Origin: Actinomycetota bacterium
Lineage (GTDB): Bacteria > Actinomycetota > Actinomycetes > Nanopelagicales > Nanopelagicaceae
DNA length: 28,753 nucleotides
Reading direction: 5' to 3'
Assembly (NCBI GenBank): GCA_010028225.1
Contig: RGOY01000001.1
Location: 1 to 28,753, forward strand
The position numbers were made by a program, and so were the translations under genes. Under the pieces are notes generated by a model. It was given only the letters and a program-made list of their open reading frames with translations. It did no database searches and was not told where the DNA came from. This document shows, in pieces, positions 10,529 through 20,305 of this stretch. Every line of letters starts with the position of its first letter. Position 1 is the stretch's first letter.

Positions 10529-11407
10529 TCAAGGACGTTTCGGATATTTGTCGAAGCGTGGCTCGCGCTTCTCTTTATACGCGTCGCGCCCTTCCTGACC
10601 TTCTTCGGTCAGATAGAAAAGAAGCGTTGCATCACCAGCAAGTTGTTGAACACCAGCAAGACCATCATCGGCGGCATTCATTCCTGCTTTGAGAAGTCGA
10701 AGTGCCATGGGCGAGTGGCGAAGCATCTCTCGACACCACGAGACAGTCTCAGCTTCTAATTGATCGATGGGAACAACTGCATTAACCAATCCCATTTCAA
10801 GCGCTTCGGCTGCGTCATATTGTCTGCAGAGAAACCAGATCTCTCTCGCCTTCTTCTGCCCGACATGACGAGCAAGCAAACCAGAACCATAACCACCATC
10901 GAATGAACCGACCATCGGGCCGGTCTGGCCAAACTTCGCATTATCTGCAGCGATAGTGAGATCACAGACGACGTGAAGGACATGCCCACCGCCAATTGCC
11001 CAACCAGCGACCATCGCGACTACTGGCTTCGGAGTTCTTCGAATCTGTATCTGTAGATCAAGAACATTGAGCCGACCAATGCCTTTCTTACCGAGAGCAT
11101 CACTTCCGAGATATCCATCGTCACCACGTACTGAGATATCTCCACCTGAACAGAAAGCCTCGCTACCTTCGCCGGTGAAGATGATGACACCGACGCGTTC
11201 ATCATCACGTGCAAAGTTGAAAGCGCTCTGTAGCTCTGTGAGAGTTTCGGGACGAAATGCATTACGAACTTGTGGACGATTGATGGTTATCTTCGCGATG
11301 CCCTCTGCTGTCTCATAACGAACATCGGTGAAACCAGCACTCTCAGGTGCAGCTTGCCATTTCGGGATCTCTCGCGATCCTGGCTCTCGCTTTATTGGCT
11401 TACTCAT
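10529..11407 (-). CDS. menB: 1,4-dihydroxy-2-naphthoyl-CoA synthase, 292 aa (start revised from ORF-track 11674)
   Basis: [53 protein letters not shown]. The ORF-track extension lies antisense inside menE; ATG 11407 gives a normal length. Confidence 0.96.
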   Translation of the reverse strand: MSKPIKREPGSREIPKWQAAPESAGFTDVRYETAEGIAKITINRPQVRNAFRPETLTELQSAFNFARDDERVGVIIFTGEGSEAFCSGGDISVRGDDGYLGSDALGKKGIGRLNVLDLQIQIRRTPKPVVAMVAGWAIGGGHVLHVVCDLTIAADNAKFGQTGPMVGSFDGGYGSGLLARHVGQKKAREIWFLCRQYDAAEALEMGLVNAVVPIDQLEAETVSWCREMLRHSPMALRLLKAGMNAADDGLAGVQQLAGDATLLFYLTEEGQEGRDAYKEKREPRFDKYPKRP

Positions 11408-11435
11408 AACAAGCCGATAGCCTACGGCTGTTATG
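11405..11435. promoter_or_regulatory. Near-palindromic bidirectional promoter region spanning both divergent start codons (menB/menE)
   Basis: CATAAC(A)AGCCG(A)TAG-C-CTACGGCTGTTATG. Overlapping TAGCCT (+, 11418-11423) and TAGGCT (-, 11424-11419). Confidence 0.6.
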
Positions 11436-12545
11436 GATACAAGCGCCAAGCGGGGCGTCCAACATGTAACCGCCGAGTGGCAGATGCCACAGATTATTGA
11501 CGCTCTCGCCAAAGCTCTCGCGGGCCAAGGACCTGCGCTGCGTTTTGCTGAGCGAAAGAATTCTTCGTTGAGTTCTGTCCCAGAAGATGTCGCCGTGATT
11601 ATCGCAACGAGTGGCACGACAGGCGCTGTCAAAGAAGTCGGTCTGAGTGCGCGGGCACTTCTTGCATCTGCCAAAGCAGCAAATGATTATCTCGGCGCAA
11701 AGGCGGGCGACACCTGGTCGCTACTGCTTCCACTCACTCATATCGCTGGAGTGAATGTATTAGTTCGTTCAATTGAACTCGGCAGAGAACCAGTTGATCT
11801 TCGGCAGATTCACGATGAGAACTTGCCGAATGTAGATTTCACTTCGATAGTTCCCACGCAACTTCATCGAGCAGTGAGTGAAACTGGATATCTCCTTCGC
11901 CATCTTCAATCGGCACATAGAGTTTTAGTTGGCGGCGGACCATTGAGCGAGGCTCTTCGACGGGATGCTGATGCTGTCCAAGTCCAAATCACTGCCACAT
12001 ATGGAATGAGTGAGAGCTCTGGTGGATGTGTCTACGATGGAGTTCCATTCCCTGGTCTTGACGTTGAGATACGCCAAGGTCTCATCGCGCTCAAGGGCGA
12101 AGTTCTTGCCTCGTACTATCTCCCTACCGAGAGCGACCCATCTCTTCGCTCCATCACAGATCACGATGGTTGGTTCATCACTTCAGATCGTGGAAGTTTT
12201 GATGGAACGAGATTGATAGTCCATGGCCGAAATGATGATGTTGTTATTTCGGGTGGCGAGAAGATCTCACTCGACATCGTTGAGAGTTTCTTGCGAGAAC
12301 ATATAACCGATGGAGATCTAGTCGCCTTTTCTACGCCCGATCCAGAATGGGGCGAACTTCTTGCGGTGGCGACAACAGTCTTGGTCGAAGGAGAGCGACG
12401 CTCACAGATCGAAAGCAAGATGGGAGCGACCCTTGGACGACATGCGATACCTAAACGCTTCTACCTCTTGGACGAGATTCCGCGAACGACACTTGGAAAA
12501 GTTGACCGAGATCGCCTCCAACGGCTCACTCGCGATGGCCTCTGA
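11433..12545 (+). CDS. menE: o-succinylbenzoate-CoA ligase, compact actinobacterial form
   Basis: TSGTTG P-loop, [33 protein letters not shown]; located in the men cluster. Confidence 0.92.
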   Translation: MDTSAKRGVQHVTAEWQMPQIIDALAKALAGQGPALRFAERKNSSLSSVPEDVAVIIATSGTTGAVKEVGLSARALLASAKAANDYLGAKAGDTWSLLLPLTHIAGVNVLVRSIELGREPVDLRQIHDENLPNVDFTSIVPTQLHRAVSETGYLLRHLQSAHRVLVGGGPLSEALRRDADAVQVQITATYGMSESSGGCVYDGVPFPGLDVEIRQGLIALKGEVLASYYLPTESDPSLRSITDHDGWFITSDRGSFDGTRLIVHGRNDDVVISGGEKISLDIVESFLREHITDGDLVAFSTPDPEWGELLAVATTVLVEGERRSQIESKMGATLGRHAIPKRFYLLDEIPRTTLGKVDRDRLQRLTRDGL

Positions 12546-12562
12546 GTGAGACGATTGCGGTT

Positions 12563-13417
12563 ATGAAATCCCTCTCTGTTTTTTGGATGGGAGCACGTCC
12601 AAAAACGCTTCCTGCAGCCATCGCTCCAGTAATTGTTGCAACGGCTTATGCAGGAAAAGAATGGAATCCCACACATGCATTGGCAGCCTTGATTGTTGCA
12701 ATCTCGCTTCAAATCGCAGTCAACTACGCCAATGATTACTCCGACGGGATTCGGGGTACCGATCGTGACCGCGTTGGTCCTACTCGACTCGTAGCAAGCG
12801 GCCTTGCCGAAGCTAAGTCAGTAAAAGTTGCTGCCTACATTGCATTCGCCATCGCCATCCTCAGTGGAACTTTTCTCGCACTCTCAACTTCTCCCTGGCT
12901 CTTTCTCATCGGTGCACTAGCAATCCTCTCTGCATGGGGTTATACAGGAGGCGAGAAACCATACGGATATCGAGGGCTTGGTGAAGTTTCAGTCTTCATC
13001 TTCTTCGGACTCGTAGCAAGTATTGGTACTTACTTTGTACAGACTGAGGAAATAGATTTCACGATAACTCTCTTCGGCATGGCTATGGGATCTATAGCTT
13101 GCTGCATCCTCTTGCTTAATAACATCCGAGATCGCCAGGGCGATGAAGCATCAGGGAAGCGAACCCTTACTGTGCGAATCGGCTTACAGATGAGTGTAGT
13201 TCTCTACTCATCGCTGATGAGCCTTGCTCTTGCGATTTTTCTTTTTGCGGTGGATCTCCCCTGGAATTTCCTCGCACTCCTACTCTTTCCGATTCTCTTC
13301 GTGATTAGAAAAGAAATCGCGCGGGGAACCTTGATCCGCGCTCTTGAACTTACTGGGAAATTCCAGATGGCGTATGCGCTTGCGCTTTCCTTGGCGCTAA
13401 TTGTTGCGAGGGGGTAA
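12563..13417 (+). CDS. menA: DHNA polyprenyltransferase
   Basis: RPKTLPAA, NYANDYSDG, PYGYRGLGE, NNIRDRQGD...GKRTL; multiple transmembrane segments. Confidence 0.96.
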   Translation: MKSLSVFWMGARPKTLPAAIAPVIVATAYAGKEWNPTHALAALIVAISLQIAVNYANDYSDGIRGTDRDRVGPTRLVASGLAEAKSVKVAAYIAFAIAILSGTFLALSTSPWLFLIGALAILSAWGYTGGEKPYGYRGLGEVSVFIFFGLVASIGTYFVQTEEIDFTITLFGMAMGSIACCILLLNNIRDRQGDEASGKRTLTVRIGLQMSVVLYSSLMSLALAIFLFAVDLPWNFLALLLFPILFVIRKEIARGTLIRALELTGKFQMAYALALSLALIVARG

Positions 13418-13420
13418 CCT
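13415..13420 (+). promoter_or_regulatory. Putative leaderless -10 (TAACCT) that includes the menA stop codon
   Basis: TAACCT, 6 nt, then ATG 13427; no Shine-Dalgarno sequence. Confidence 0.6.
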
Positions 13421-13426
13421 CGCCTC

Positions 13427-13696
13427 ATGTTGCGTTACCTGCCTCTCGTTGCTCTTGTGGCAATCACTATCTACGCATTGGTGGAGTGTGCTCAGACTGA
13501 ACCTGAGCAAGTTCGCAATCTTCCCAAGTGGGGTTGGCTATTGATCATCATCGTCTTTGGACCACAAACGCTTGGCCTCGGACCAATCGCCTGGTTTATT
13601 GCAGGACGCCCGAAAGGAAAAGGATTCGGTGGCTTCAAACCTAAGCGAAAAGTGCTTCCGCCAGATGACAATCCAGATTTCTTGAAGGGTCTTTAA
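13427..13696 (+). CDS. PLD nuclease N-terminal (PLDc_N) domain small membrane protein
   Basis: TIYALVEC...VRNLPKWGWLLIII...GPIAWFIAGRP plus a PDDNPDFL tail, typical of this actinobacterial family. Confidence 0.85.
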   Translation: MLRYLPLVALVAITIYALVECAQTEPEQVRNLPKWGWLLIIIVFGPQTLGLGPIAWFIAGRPKGKGFGGFKPKRKVLPPDDNPDFLKGL

Positions 13697-13748
13697 ACCG
13701 CTATCTAAAGCCCACTGTTAAAGACCACTATCTAAAGACCGCTATAAG
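13697..13748. repeat. Degenerate 11-14 bp tandem repeat, 4 units, covering the convergent gap and the ccsB 3' end
   Basis: ACCGCTATCTAAAG / CCCACTGTTAAAG / ACCACTATCTAAAG / ACCGCTATAAG. Confidence 0.8.
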
Positions 13749-14619
13749 TGTGCTTTCCAGTTCCCCATATATTCACGTAAATATAATTGAATAGGAATGT
13801 AGAGCCCGCGATTAGGCAGAGCCAGGCTGCCTTCTTTCCTTTCCATCCCGCAGTCACGCGTGCATGTAAATACGCCGCATAGGCAACCCAGGTAATGAAC
13901 GACCAGGTCTCCTTAGGATCCCATCCCCAATAGCGACCCCAAGCAGCTTCAGCCCAAATTGCGCCCGCAATAATCGAAAATGTCCAGAGTGGAAAAACGA
14001 GTGCGATCAAGCGATAGGTGAGCTGATCCAAAGCATCGAGGGATGGCAGACGAGCAGACCAGTTTCCTCGAGCTCCCTTTCCTTCGATTTTTTCCAGAAT
14101 CAAATAGATAGCAGCAATTGAATTTGCTAAGAGGAATATCCCACCAGAGATGATTGCTGCAGAGACATGTATGACAAGCCATGGAGACTTCAAGGCAGGA
14201 ACTAGTGGTGCGCTCTCGACGTAGAGAAGTGTGACCGCAGTTCCTAGGGTGAGAAGGGCTCCTGCCGCTACGAAAAGGCCAAGCCATCTAATCTGAAACT
14301 TCTTCAGTGCGATGAGATAGGCGGTCGTGAATGCGAATGCTCCGGTAATCGAGAATTCATACATATTGCCAAGCGGCAGACGCTCTGCCGATAGGCCACG
14401 AGTAATTAGCCCAGCAAGAAGAATTAGATCTGCAAGGAAGATGAGTCCAGTCGCATTCCTTGCAAGTCTCTCAGTCCTACTTCGATCGAGGTTCCTGCCC
14501 TCTCCGATTCGAACTGACCATGCTGTCTCAATGGCATGAAAGATAAAGGCCAGAGCGAAGACCACAATTGCTGAATAAATAAGGTCGTTGGAGAGAAAGG
14601 CCATACTTCTATTTCCCAT
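13732..14619 (-). CDS. ccsB: Cytochrome c biogenesis protein with WWD domain (CcsB/ResC; CcsA in some nomenclatures)
   Basis: GNMYE, WLVIHV, GAIWAEAAWGRYWGWDPKETW, YLHAR. Confidence 0.96.
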   Translation of the reverse strand: MGNRSMAFLSNDLIYSAIVVFALAFIFHAIETAWSVRIGEGRNLDRSRTERLARNATGLIFLADLILLAGLITRGLSAERLPLGNMYEFSITGAFAFTTAYLIALKKFQIRWLGLFVAAGALLTLGTAVTLLYVESAPLVPALKSPWLVIHVSAAIISGGIFLLANSIAAIYLILEKIEGKGARGNWSARLPSLDALDQLTYRLIALVFPLWTFSIIAGAIWAEAAWGRYWGWDPKETWSFITWVAYAAYLHARVTAGWKGKKAAWLCLIAGSTFLFNYIYVNIWGTGKHTYSGL

Positions 14620-16127
14620 CAGTTGCCCTTTCCTTCATTCACTCTTTCACTCAAGAACTCTTTGAGCGATGCAAGATCCTCTAGCAATTTCTCTTCACCA
14701 CTTGTGGCCACTCCTGCTACTTCAAGGAAATTGTTATCACCTTCGTTGCTCAATCTAATCCAAATTCGGCGTCGATGTATGAAGAGCATTCCAAGAGCCC
14801 CAAATAGTGCAAGGAATCCTCCAATTAATGCTGGACGCTTACCTGGATCATGAATTACTTGGATGTTCACCCAGGGCAGGTAGCCATCAAAAGTGATTGA
14901 GCCCACTTTAAAATCAAAACTCTCTCCTGGCTTCATCGATATCAGAGCGATTCGCTCCATCTTTGTTGTATCGAGGCGATAGATCGACTGAGGTTTTCCT
15001 TCGTCCATTCCGAGATCGCCCTGCCATGCAGCCAAGAGAAGGTGCGGATCGAGTGGCTCTGGGAAAGAAGAGAATGCACCTCGAACTGGATCGCGCTCAA
15101 TCGTTGGGATGAAGGATGCAACAAATCCGATTCCTGGATTCATATCTGGGACTTTTATTGCTCCCGCAGAGGTGAGATTAGGATCTTGCGGCAAAAGTGG
15201 AACTGGACCTTGGAAAGTAACAACAGAACTGCTATCTCGAACTGTCACAAGGACTGAGTACCCAGTTGCTTGCAGAAAGACGCGCGAAGCGCCAAAGGTC
15301 AATGGCCTATTTACTCGAATCACACCTTCTCGAGCTTTGGCATCGGTGTCATCTCGAATGGTCACCTTCAACTCATAATCAAGTGCTTGATTGGTTATTG
15401 GATTGTATTTCGCAGTGAAGTCATTGAGGTCGATTCGATATGGTTGCATCGAATCAAGTGAGTAGAGCCGACCTGGCGAGATGTTGTCATAGGCAACCGG
15501 AGTATTTATAAATCGTTCGCCCTCGTTGACAATTGCCTCTCCTCGCATGCCAAAGAGGGAACTCATTGCAATACCTACCAAAATCAATAGCAAAGATAGG
15601 TGAAAGAGCAGGTTGCCAAACTCCTTGAGATAACCCTTCTCAGCAGAGATAGCCCCATCGAATCGTTCGAAGCGGTAACGATTCTTTTTCAGCCATTCGA
15701 TAACTCGATCCATGTCGCCATCAAGTTGAGAAAACCCTTGAGAATTCTCGAAGGTTTGCGGGGGCTTGGAAGGTCTTTCGAAAATCGCTCTTCGATAGTG
15801 ATTAAGCCGAGGCAGAAGGCATCCGACGAGCGAGACGAATAAAAGGATATATATCGCCGAGAACCACGGAGCACCAAAAACATCAAAGAGATAGAAGCGA
15901 TCTAGCCATGGAGAGATACTGGGATTTGCTTCAAAAAAGTCTTGAACTTGAAATGGGTTCTGTGTTCGCTGCGGAATTATCGAACCTGGGATCGATGCGA
16001 GTCCGAGCAAGAGAAGAAGGATCAGTGCGGTGCGCATGCTGGTCAAGAGGCGCCAGAGATACCGAAGAAGTGAATACCCGCCTAACTCACGTAGCTCTCG
16101 AGTCCTATCCTTCTCAATCTTTGCCAT
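14619..16127 (-). CDS. resB: Cytochrome c biogenesis protein ResB/Ccs1
   Basis: LTSMRTALILLLLL, SIPGSIIPQ, FDVFGAPWF, GNLLFHLS, IRVNRPL, C-terminal transmembrane helix followed by RRRIW. Confidence 0.94.
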   Translation of the reverse strand: MAKIEKDRTRELRELGGYSLLRYLWRLLTSMRTALILLLLLGLASIPGSIIPQRTQNPFQVQDFFEANPSISPWLDRFYLFDVFGAPWFSAIYILLFVSLVGCLLPRLNHYRRAIFERPSKPPQTFENSQGFSQLDGDMDRVIEWLKKNRYRFERFDGAISAEKGYLKEFGNLLFHLSLLLILVGIAMSSLFGMRGEAIVNEGERFINTPVAYDNISPGRLYSLDSMQPYRIDLNDFTAKYNPITNQALDYELKVTIRDDTDAKAREGVIRVNRPLTFGASRVFLQATGYSVLVTVRDSSSVVTFQGPVPLLPQDPNLTSAGAIKVPDMNPGIGFVASFIPTIERDPVRGAFSSFPEPLDPHLLLAAWQGDLGMDEGKPQSIYRLDTTKMERIALISMKPGESFDFKVGSITFDGYLPWVNIQVIHDPGKRPALIGGFLALFGALGMLFIHRRRIWIRLSNEGDNNFLEVAGVATSGEEKLLEDLASLKEFLSERVNEGKGN

Positions 16128-16852
16128 CAGATCACCGGAATGAAATTAGTTATAGAACCCTGAAGCATGGCTATAAAGGATTCCCAGAGTCCAGTGAACT
16201 GAGCTATGCCAATCGCAATCAAACCAATTCCACCGATCAAAGCGATCAAGCGACTATGAGTGAGAAGGAAATTCCGAAGTGATCTGAGCCTTGTGAAAAA
16301 GAGGGCAAAGAGAATTAGTGGGATGCCGAGTCCAATTGAATAGAAAGCAGAGAGAATCGCTCCGCGCATCGCGCTCGCTTCCTGGAAGGAGAGGGCTTGG
16401 ACAGCAGCAAGAGTCGGTCCAATACACGGCGTCCACCCAAATCCAAAGAGGAAACCAAGAAGAGGGGCAGCGATGATTCCTTGAATCCGAGGAGATGCAA
16501 ACTTCATTGATCTAGGAAATCTCTCATTGAAGATGAAGAGAAGACCGAGCGCGATTGTCACTACGCCAAGGATTCTTGAGAAAAGTTCCTGCTCTTGCAT
16601 CAAGGTGGTACCAAGGCCACCGAAGAAGATTCCATAAGAGATGAAGAGGGCTGTAAAACCGAAGACAAAGAGAAGTGAGCCAGCGAGGAGTCGAACTTTC
16701 GTTGCGCCAGCTCCTGCAATGTAGGAGAGGTATCCAGGCAAAATCGGTAGTACGCAGGGAGAGAGAAATGAGACTAGACCGGCAATAAGCGCAATTGGTG
16801 CAGCAAGCAGGAGCGAACCGTCAAAAACTTGATTCAAGAAGAATTCACGCAT
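16127..16852 (-). CDS. ccdA: Cytochrome c biogenesis protein CcdA (DsbD-type)
   Basis: [15 protein letters not shown] and [11 protein letters not shown]. Confidence 0.95.
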   Translation of the reverse strand: MREFFLNQVFDGSLLLAAPIALIAGLVSFLSPCVLPILPGYLSYIAGAGATKVRLLAGSLLFVFGFTALFISYGIFFGGLGTTLMQEQELFSRILGVVTIALGLLFIFNERFPRSMKFASPRIQGIIAAPLLGFLFGFGWTPCIGPTLAAVQALSFQEASAMRGAILSAFYSIGLGIPLILFALFFTRLRSLRNFLLTHSRLIALIGGIGLIAIGIAQFTGLWESFIAMLQGSITNFIPVI

Positions 16853-17427
16853 TATGCGTCCTTCTCGCCACGGACCTCTTCGATGAGTGCAGATAATCCC
16901 GTGAAGGTCACTTCACCGCCGATGCGAGCAGCAATCCTTCCTTTGCTGTCAATGACAAGAGTCGTTGGTATCGCACTGGCAATCAATGAATCATTGAACT
17001 CAAGGAGGATCGCATCATCGCGAAGGCTGGGGAAAGTGATGTTAAATCGCTCGACGAAACTCTGTGCTGCTGTGAGATTGTCGCGAGTCAATATGCCTAA
17101 GAACTGAACATCTGGGAATTTCTCACTGAGGGCCTGCAGGGTTGGTGCCTCAGCTCGACATGGCGAGCACCACGATGCCCACACATTGATGACTAGGACT
17201 TGTCCGCGTTTACTCTGGAAGAAATTTCCATCGATCAGTTCACCAGATATTGCAGGAGCAATCACTCTCGAACCTGGGCTTACTTTAGTGACGGCGCCAT
17301 TTCCCTCGATATAGGAGAGTTGACCGGATGATTCTGACGCAGAGTCGTCATCGGTTGATGAGAAGAGAAGTAATGAAGCGACGACCACAAGGCTTGAGAT
17401 CCAGAGTAATCTCTTGGTGCCAAACAT
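16852..17427 (-). CDS. resA: TlpA/ResA-family membrane-anchored thiol-disulfide oxidoreductase
   Basis: N-terminal hydrophobic anchor, [23 protein letters not shown]; directly upstream of ccdA. Confidence 0.88.
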   Translation of the reverse strand: MFGTKRLLWISSLVVVASLLLFSSTDDDSASESSGQLSYIEGNGAVTKVSPGSRVIAPAISGELIDGNFFQSKRGQVLVINVWASWCSPCRAEAPTLQALSEKFPDVQFLGILTRDNLTAAQSFVERFNITFPSLRDDAILLEFNDSLIASAIPTTLVIDSKGRIAARIGGEVTFTGLSALIEEVRGEKDA

Positions 17428-17430
17428 CTT

Positions 17431-18081
17431 CTACCGCTTCTTATTCTTTTTATGCTTGTTTTTCAGAGGAAGCAGATGTTTGACCGGCTCTTGGTATGAA
17501 GTTCCCGAGATCATCCCAGCATCATCGAAATGTATCGTTGTAATCGAACAGAGTGAGCATTCGCGCTTTCTCGGATCGTGAATCATCATTCTTCCCTCAA
17601 TCGCACTTCGCACTATCCAAATTGGAAGCTGATGCGAAACGCACAATGCCTCCGTCTTTCCTTTGGACTGGGCTGCATCCCGAGCTGCGAATATCGCCTG
17701 GAACATACGATTGACCTGCTCGATATAAGGCTCACCCCACGATGGTCGCCACGGGTTGTAGAGATATCGCCATGATTTCGGATGACGTAGGACGCCATCT
17801 CCAACTCCGAATGGTTTGCCCTCGAAAATGTTTGCTGCCTCAATCAAGCGTTCATCGGTGGTTATCTCGATGCCGTGTAGTTGCGCGATTGGGCTAGCAG
17901 TCTCTTGTGCTCGCTGGAGTGGAGAGACATGTAGCGCGCCAAGATCGAGGGATTCGCTCCATTTTGCAACACCTTCGGCCATCTCCTTGCCAAGGAGCGA
18001 GAGTGACCACCCAGGTTGTCTGCCATAAAGGATGTTGTCGGGATTCTCCACTTGGCCATGACGTAGGAGATGCACGCGCAT
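17431..18081 (-). CDS. Histidine phosphatase (phosphoglycerate mutase) family protein, Rv0525-like (start revised from 18093)
   Basis: LLRHG, SPLQRAQETA, DERLIE, VSHQLPI. ATG 18081 lies 7 nt after TATGCT. Confidence 0.92.
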   Translation of the reverse strand: MRVHLLRHGQVENPDNILYGRQPGWSLSLLGKEMAEGVAKWSESLDLGALHVSPLQRAQETASPIAQLHGIEITTDERLIEAANIFEGKPFGVGDGVLRHPKSWRYLYNPWRPSWGEPYIEQVNRMFQAIFAARDAAQSKGKTEALCVSHQLPIWIVRSAIEGRMMIHDPRKRECSLCSITTIHFDDAGMISGTSYQEPVKHLLPLKNKHKKNKKR

Positions 18082-18088
18082 ATGGCAA

Positions 18089-18094
18089 AGCATA
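18089..18094 (-). promoter_or_regulatory. Putative leaderless -10 (TATGCT) for the phosphatase-ccs operon
   Basis: TATGCT, 7 nt (TTGCCAT), then ATG 18081. Confidence 0.6.
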
Positions 18095-18162
18095 AGCGAG
18101 TGAGTTGAGCGAGACTGCCCCGTAAATTCGAAGGGGGAATTCGCAGGTAATGTAGGCCAGTT

Positions 18163-20290
18163 ATGCCAACGAAGCGCGTAAAAAAGAATGAGACTGAGGG
18201 AACGCCGAGAATCCCTGCGAGTGCTGCATCACTTGCCGATGAACTCCGTTCACGAAGCGATCAAGAAATCGCAGAACTCTTTGCGCTTCGTCCTGATCTC
18301 ACTTCTCCCGTGCCAAATGATTTCTCTAGTCTCTCCGCACGTGCAAGTTCCACTCCAAGTCTTATCAGAGCACTTGACTCGCTCAATCTCTTCCAACTCC
18401 AGATTGCTGAAGCAATCTCAGCCCTTGATGAATCACTTACCAGGGAGAAGTTAGTTGCTGCAACCGATCCGCTTGCACTTGAGGTGCTGGATCGGCTTTG
18501 GGCTAGAGCACTCGTCTACTTCGATCGCGAATACATCCGGATGCCAAGAGCTCTTCGAGAATTGATCGGTGCAAAGCCGGCCGGTCTCGGTCCAGTATCG
18601 CTTGCACCTATCGACGTGAAAAGAATCGATGCATTATTGGCGAGCGCACCGAAGATGTCAGCAGAGTTCATGGCAAGAATGACATGGGGCCCAGCAAAAG
18701 GGGCGATTGGCGATCGCAAGAAGACTGGTGCTGCAATCGACTGGCTTCATTGCTGGGGATTTAATTGAAAGTGAAGAGATCGACCAAGCCGCTATTGCAT
18801 CAGTAAGCAATATCCTCCGCTGGGTCTGCGAGCTCATGGATTTTTGGTCAGAAGAGACACCTACGCTCCTTCGTACCGGCGGACTTGGTGTTCGAGATCT
18901 TCGAAAAGCAGCAGAGCATCTTGGTGTTGATGAGAATTGCACCGCCTTCGTCGCTGAACTCTGCTACCTGCAGGGACTTCTCGCTATCGAAGGTGATGGG
19001 CGAGTGCTCCCAGCTACTGGTTTTGACCTCTTCCAGAGCGCAACCGGCGAACATCAATGGCGAGACTTAGCCTCAATCTGGCTCGAATCTTCTCGCGTCA
19101 TTGGCTTGATCCGAATCGAAGAATCAAAAGGGATCGCGCCACTTGGAAACGAATTGGATCGAGTCTGGGCTCCACGAGTTCGAAAGACAATTCTCGAACT
19201 TATGAAGGGCGAAGAACGAATAGCGCCCTCACTCACCTCGCTTCAACAACGACTCGATTGGACGCTTCCATCGAGGAAGGATTCCCCACTTGCGAAAGAA
19301 TTCCCTCGATGGGTGATGGATGAAGCAGAGTGGCTTGGCATCACGGGGCGTGGCGCAATCTCATCTTTTGGTCGTGCGCTTCTAGATGGTGAAAAAACTC
19401 TTGGAATCAGTTCCGCCTTGCCACCAACTGTCGATCACATCTTGATTCAAGGAGATAACACAGCAATAGCACCGGGGCCATTGACGATAGAACTTGCTCG
19501 AAAACTTTCAACCTTTGCCGATATCGAAAGCCGTGGAAATGCAACGGTTTATCGATTTACTGAGGCGTCGATTCGTAGAGGACTAGATCATGGACACACT
19601 GGTGATGAGATCAAGGGCTTTCTTCGAAGTACTTCAAAGACCCCAGTTCCACAGCCGTTGGAATATCTCATCTCAGATGTGGCCAGACGCCATGGACAAC
19701 TTCGTGTCGGTTATGCCAATACTTATATCCGTTGTGAAGATGAAGCATCAATCGCTGCAATTCTCAAAGATAAACGTCTAGAGAGCTTGCGGCTAAGACA
19801 GATTGCGCCAACTGTTCTTATCAGCGAATCCGAGAGTGGCGACTCACTTGAAGAACTACGAAGCTCAGGCTATCTCCCATCAATGGAGAGCCAATCAGGT
19901 GATGTCATCTCACTTCCAAAACAACTTCGAGCGCAGAGCAAGGCAAGGCTTCCTCGCGTGATTTCTGAGACGAGTGAACCAACTCCCACTGTGATCGCGG
20001 CTGCTGTGAAAGTCCTTCGCGCCGGAGATCGCGCTCACTCATTTACCGCCTCCAGGGCAGAGATTCCTCGCACTTCTGCGAATGAGACTCTCGCAATCCT
20101 ACGAAAATCGATCGAGAGTGAATCGACTATCACAATCGGTTATGCCGATACCAATGGTGGCGTAACACAACGAATCGTTGACCCAGTCTCTATCGCAATG
20201 GGTAATCTCATTGCACGCGATCATGGAAATGATGAAGTGATCACCTTCAAGATTGCCAGAATCACGGGCGTTGCCTTCATCGATGGATGA
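18163..20290 (+). pseudogene. XPB-associated protein (Rv0862c-like; Helicase_C_3 domain plus C-terminal WYL-like domain), interrupted near 18750
   Basis: Fragment 18163..18768 has the family N-terminus (LADELRSRSD...LRPDL...ALDSL). Fragment 18707..20290 is in the next frame and has LRTGGLGVRDL, IQGDNTAIAPGP...ESRGNATVYRFT...PQPLEYLISD, and a WYL-like end IGY...QRIVDP...RDH...TFKIARI. Confidence 0.85.
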
Positions 20291-20305
20291 GGTAAGCGCA
20301 AGAAA

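Noticed and set aside
11408-11674. 89-aa N-terminal extension of MenB in the ORF track
   Set aside because: It lies antisense within menE and has no crotonase similarity; ATG 11407 gives a normal 292-aa MenB.
18095-18162. Possible ncRNA or riboswitch in the phosphatase/XPB-partner gap
   Set aside because: Only weak pairing (AATTC/GAATT); the space is adequately explained by two divergent promoters.
18750-18768. Programmed frameshift at GGGGATTTAATTGA in the XPB partner
   Set aside because: Not an X_XXY_YYZ heptamer, the required shift is +1, and sequence appears to be missing at the junction.
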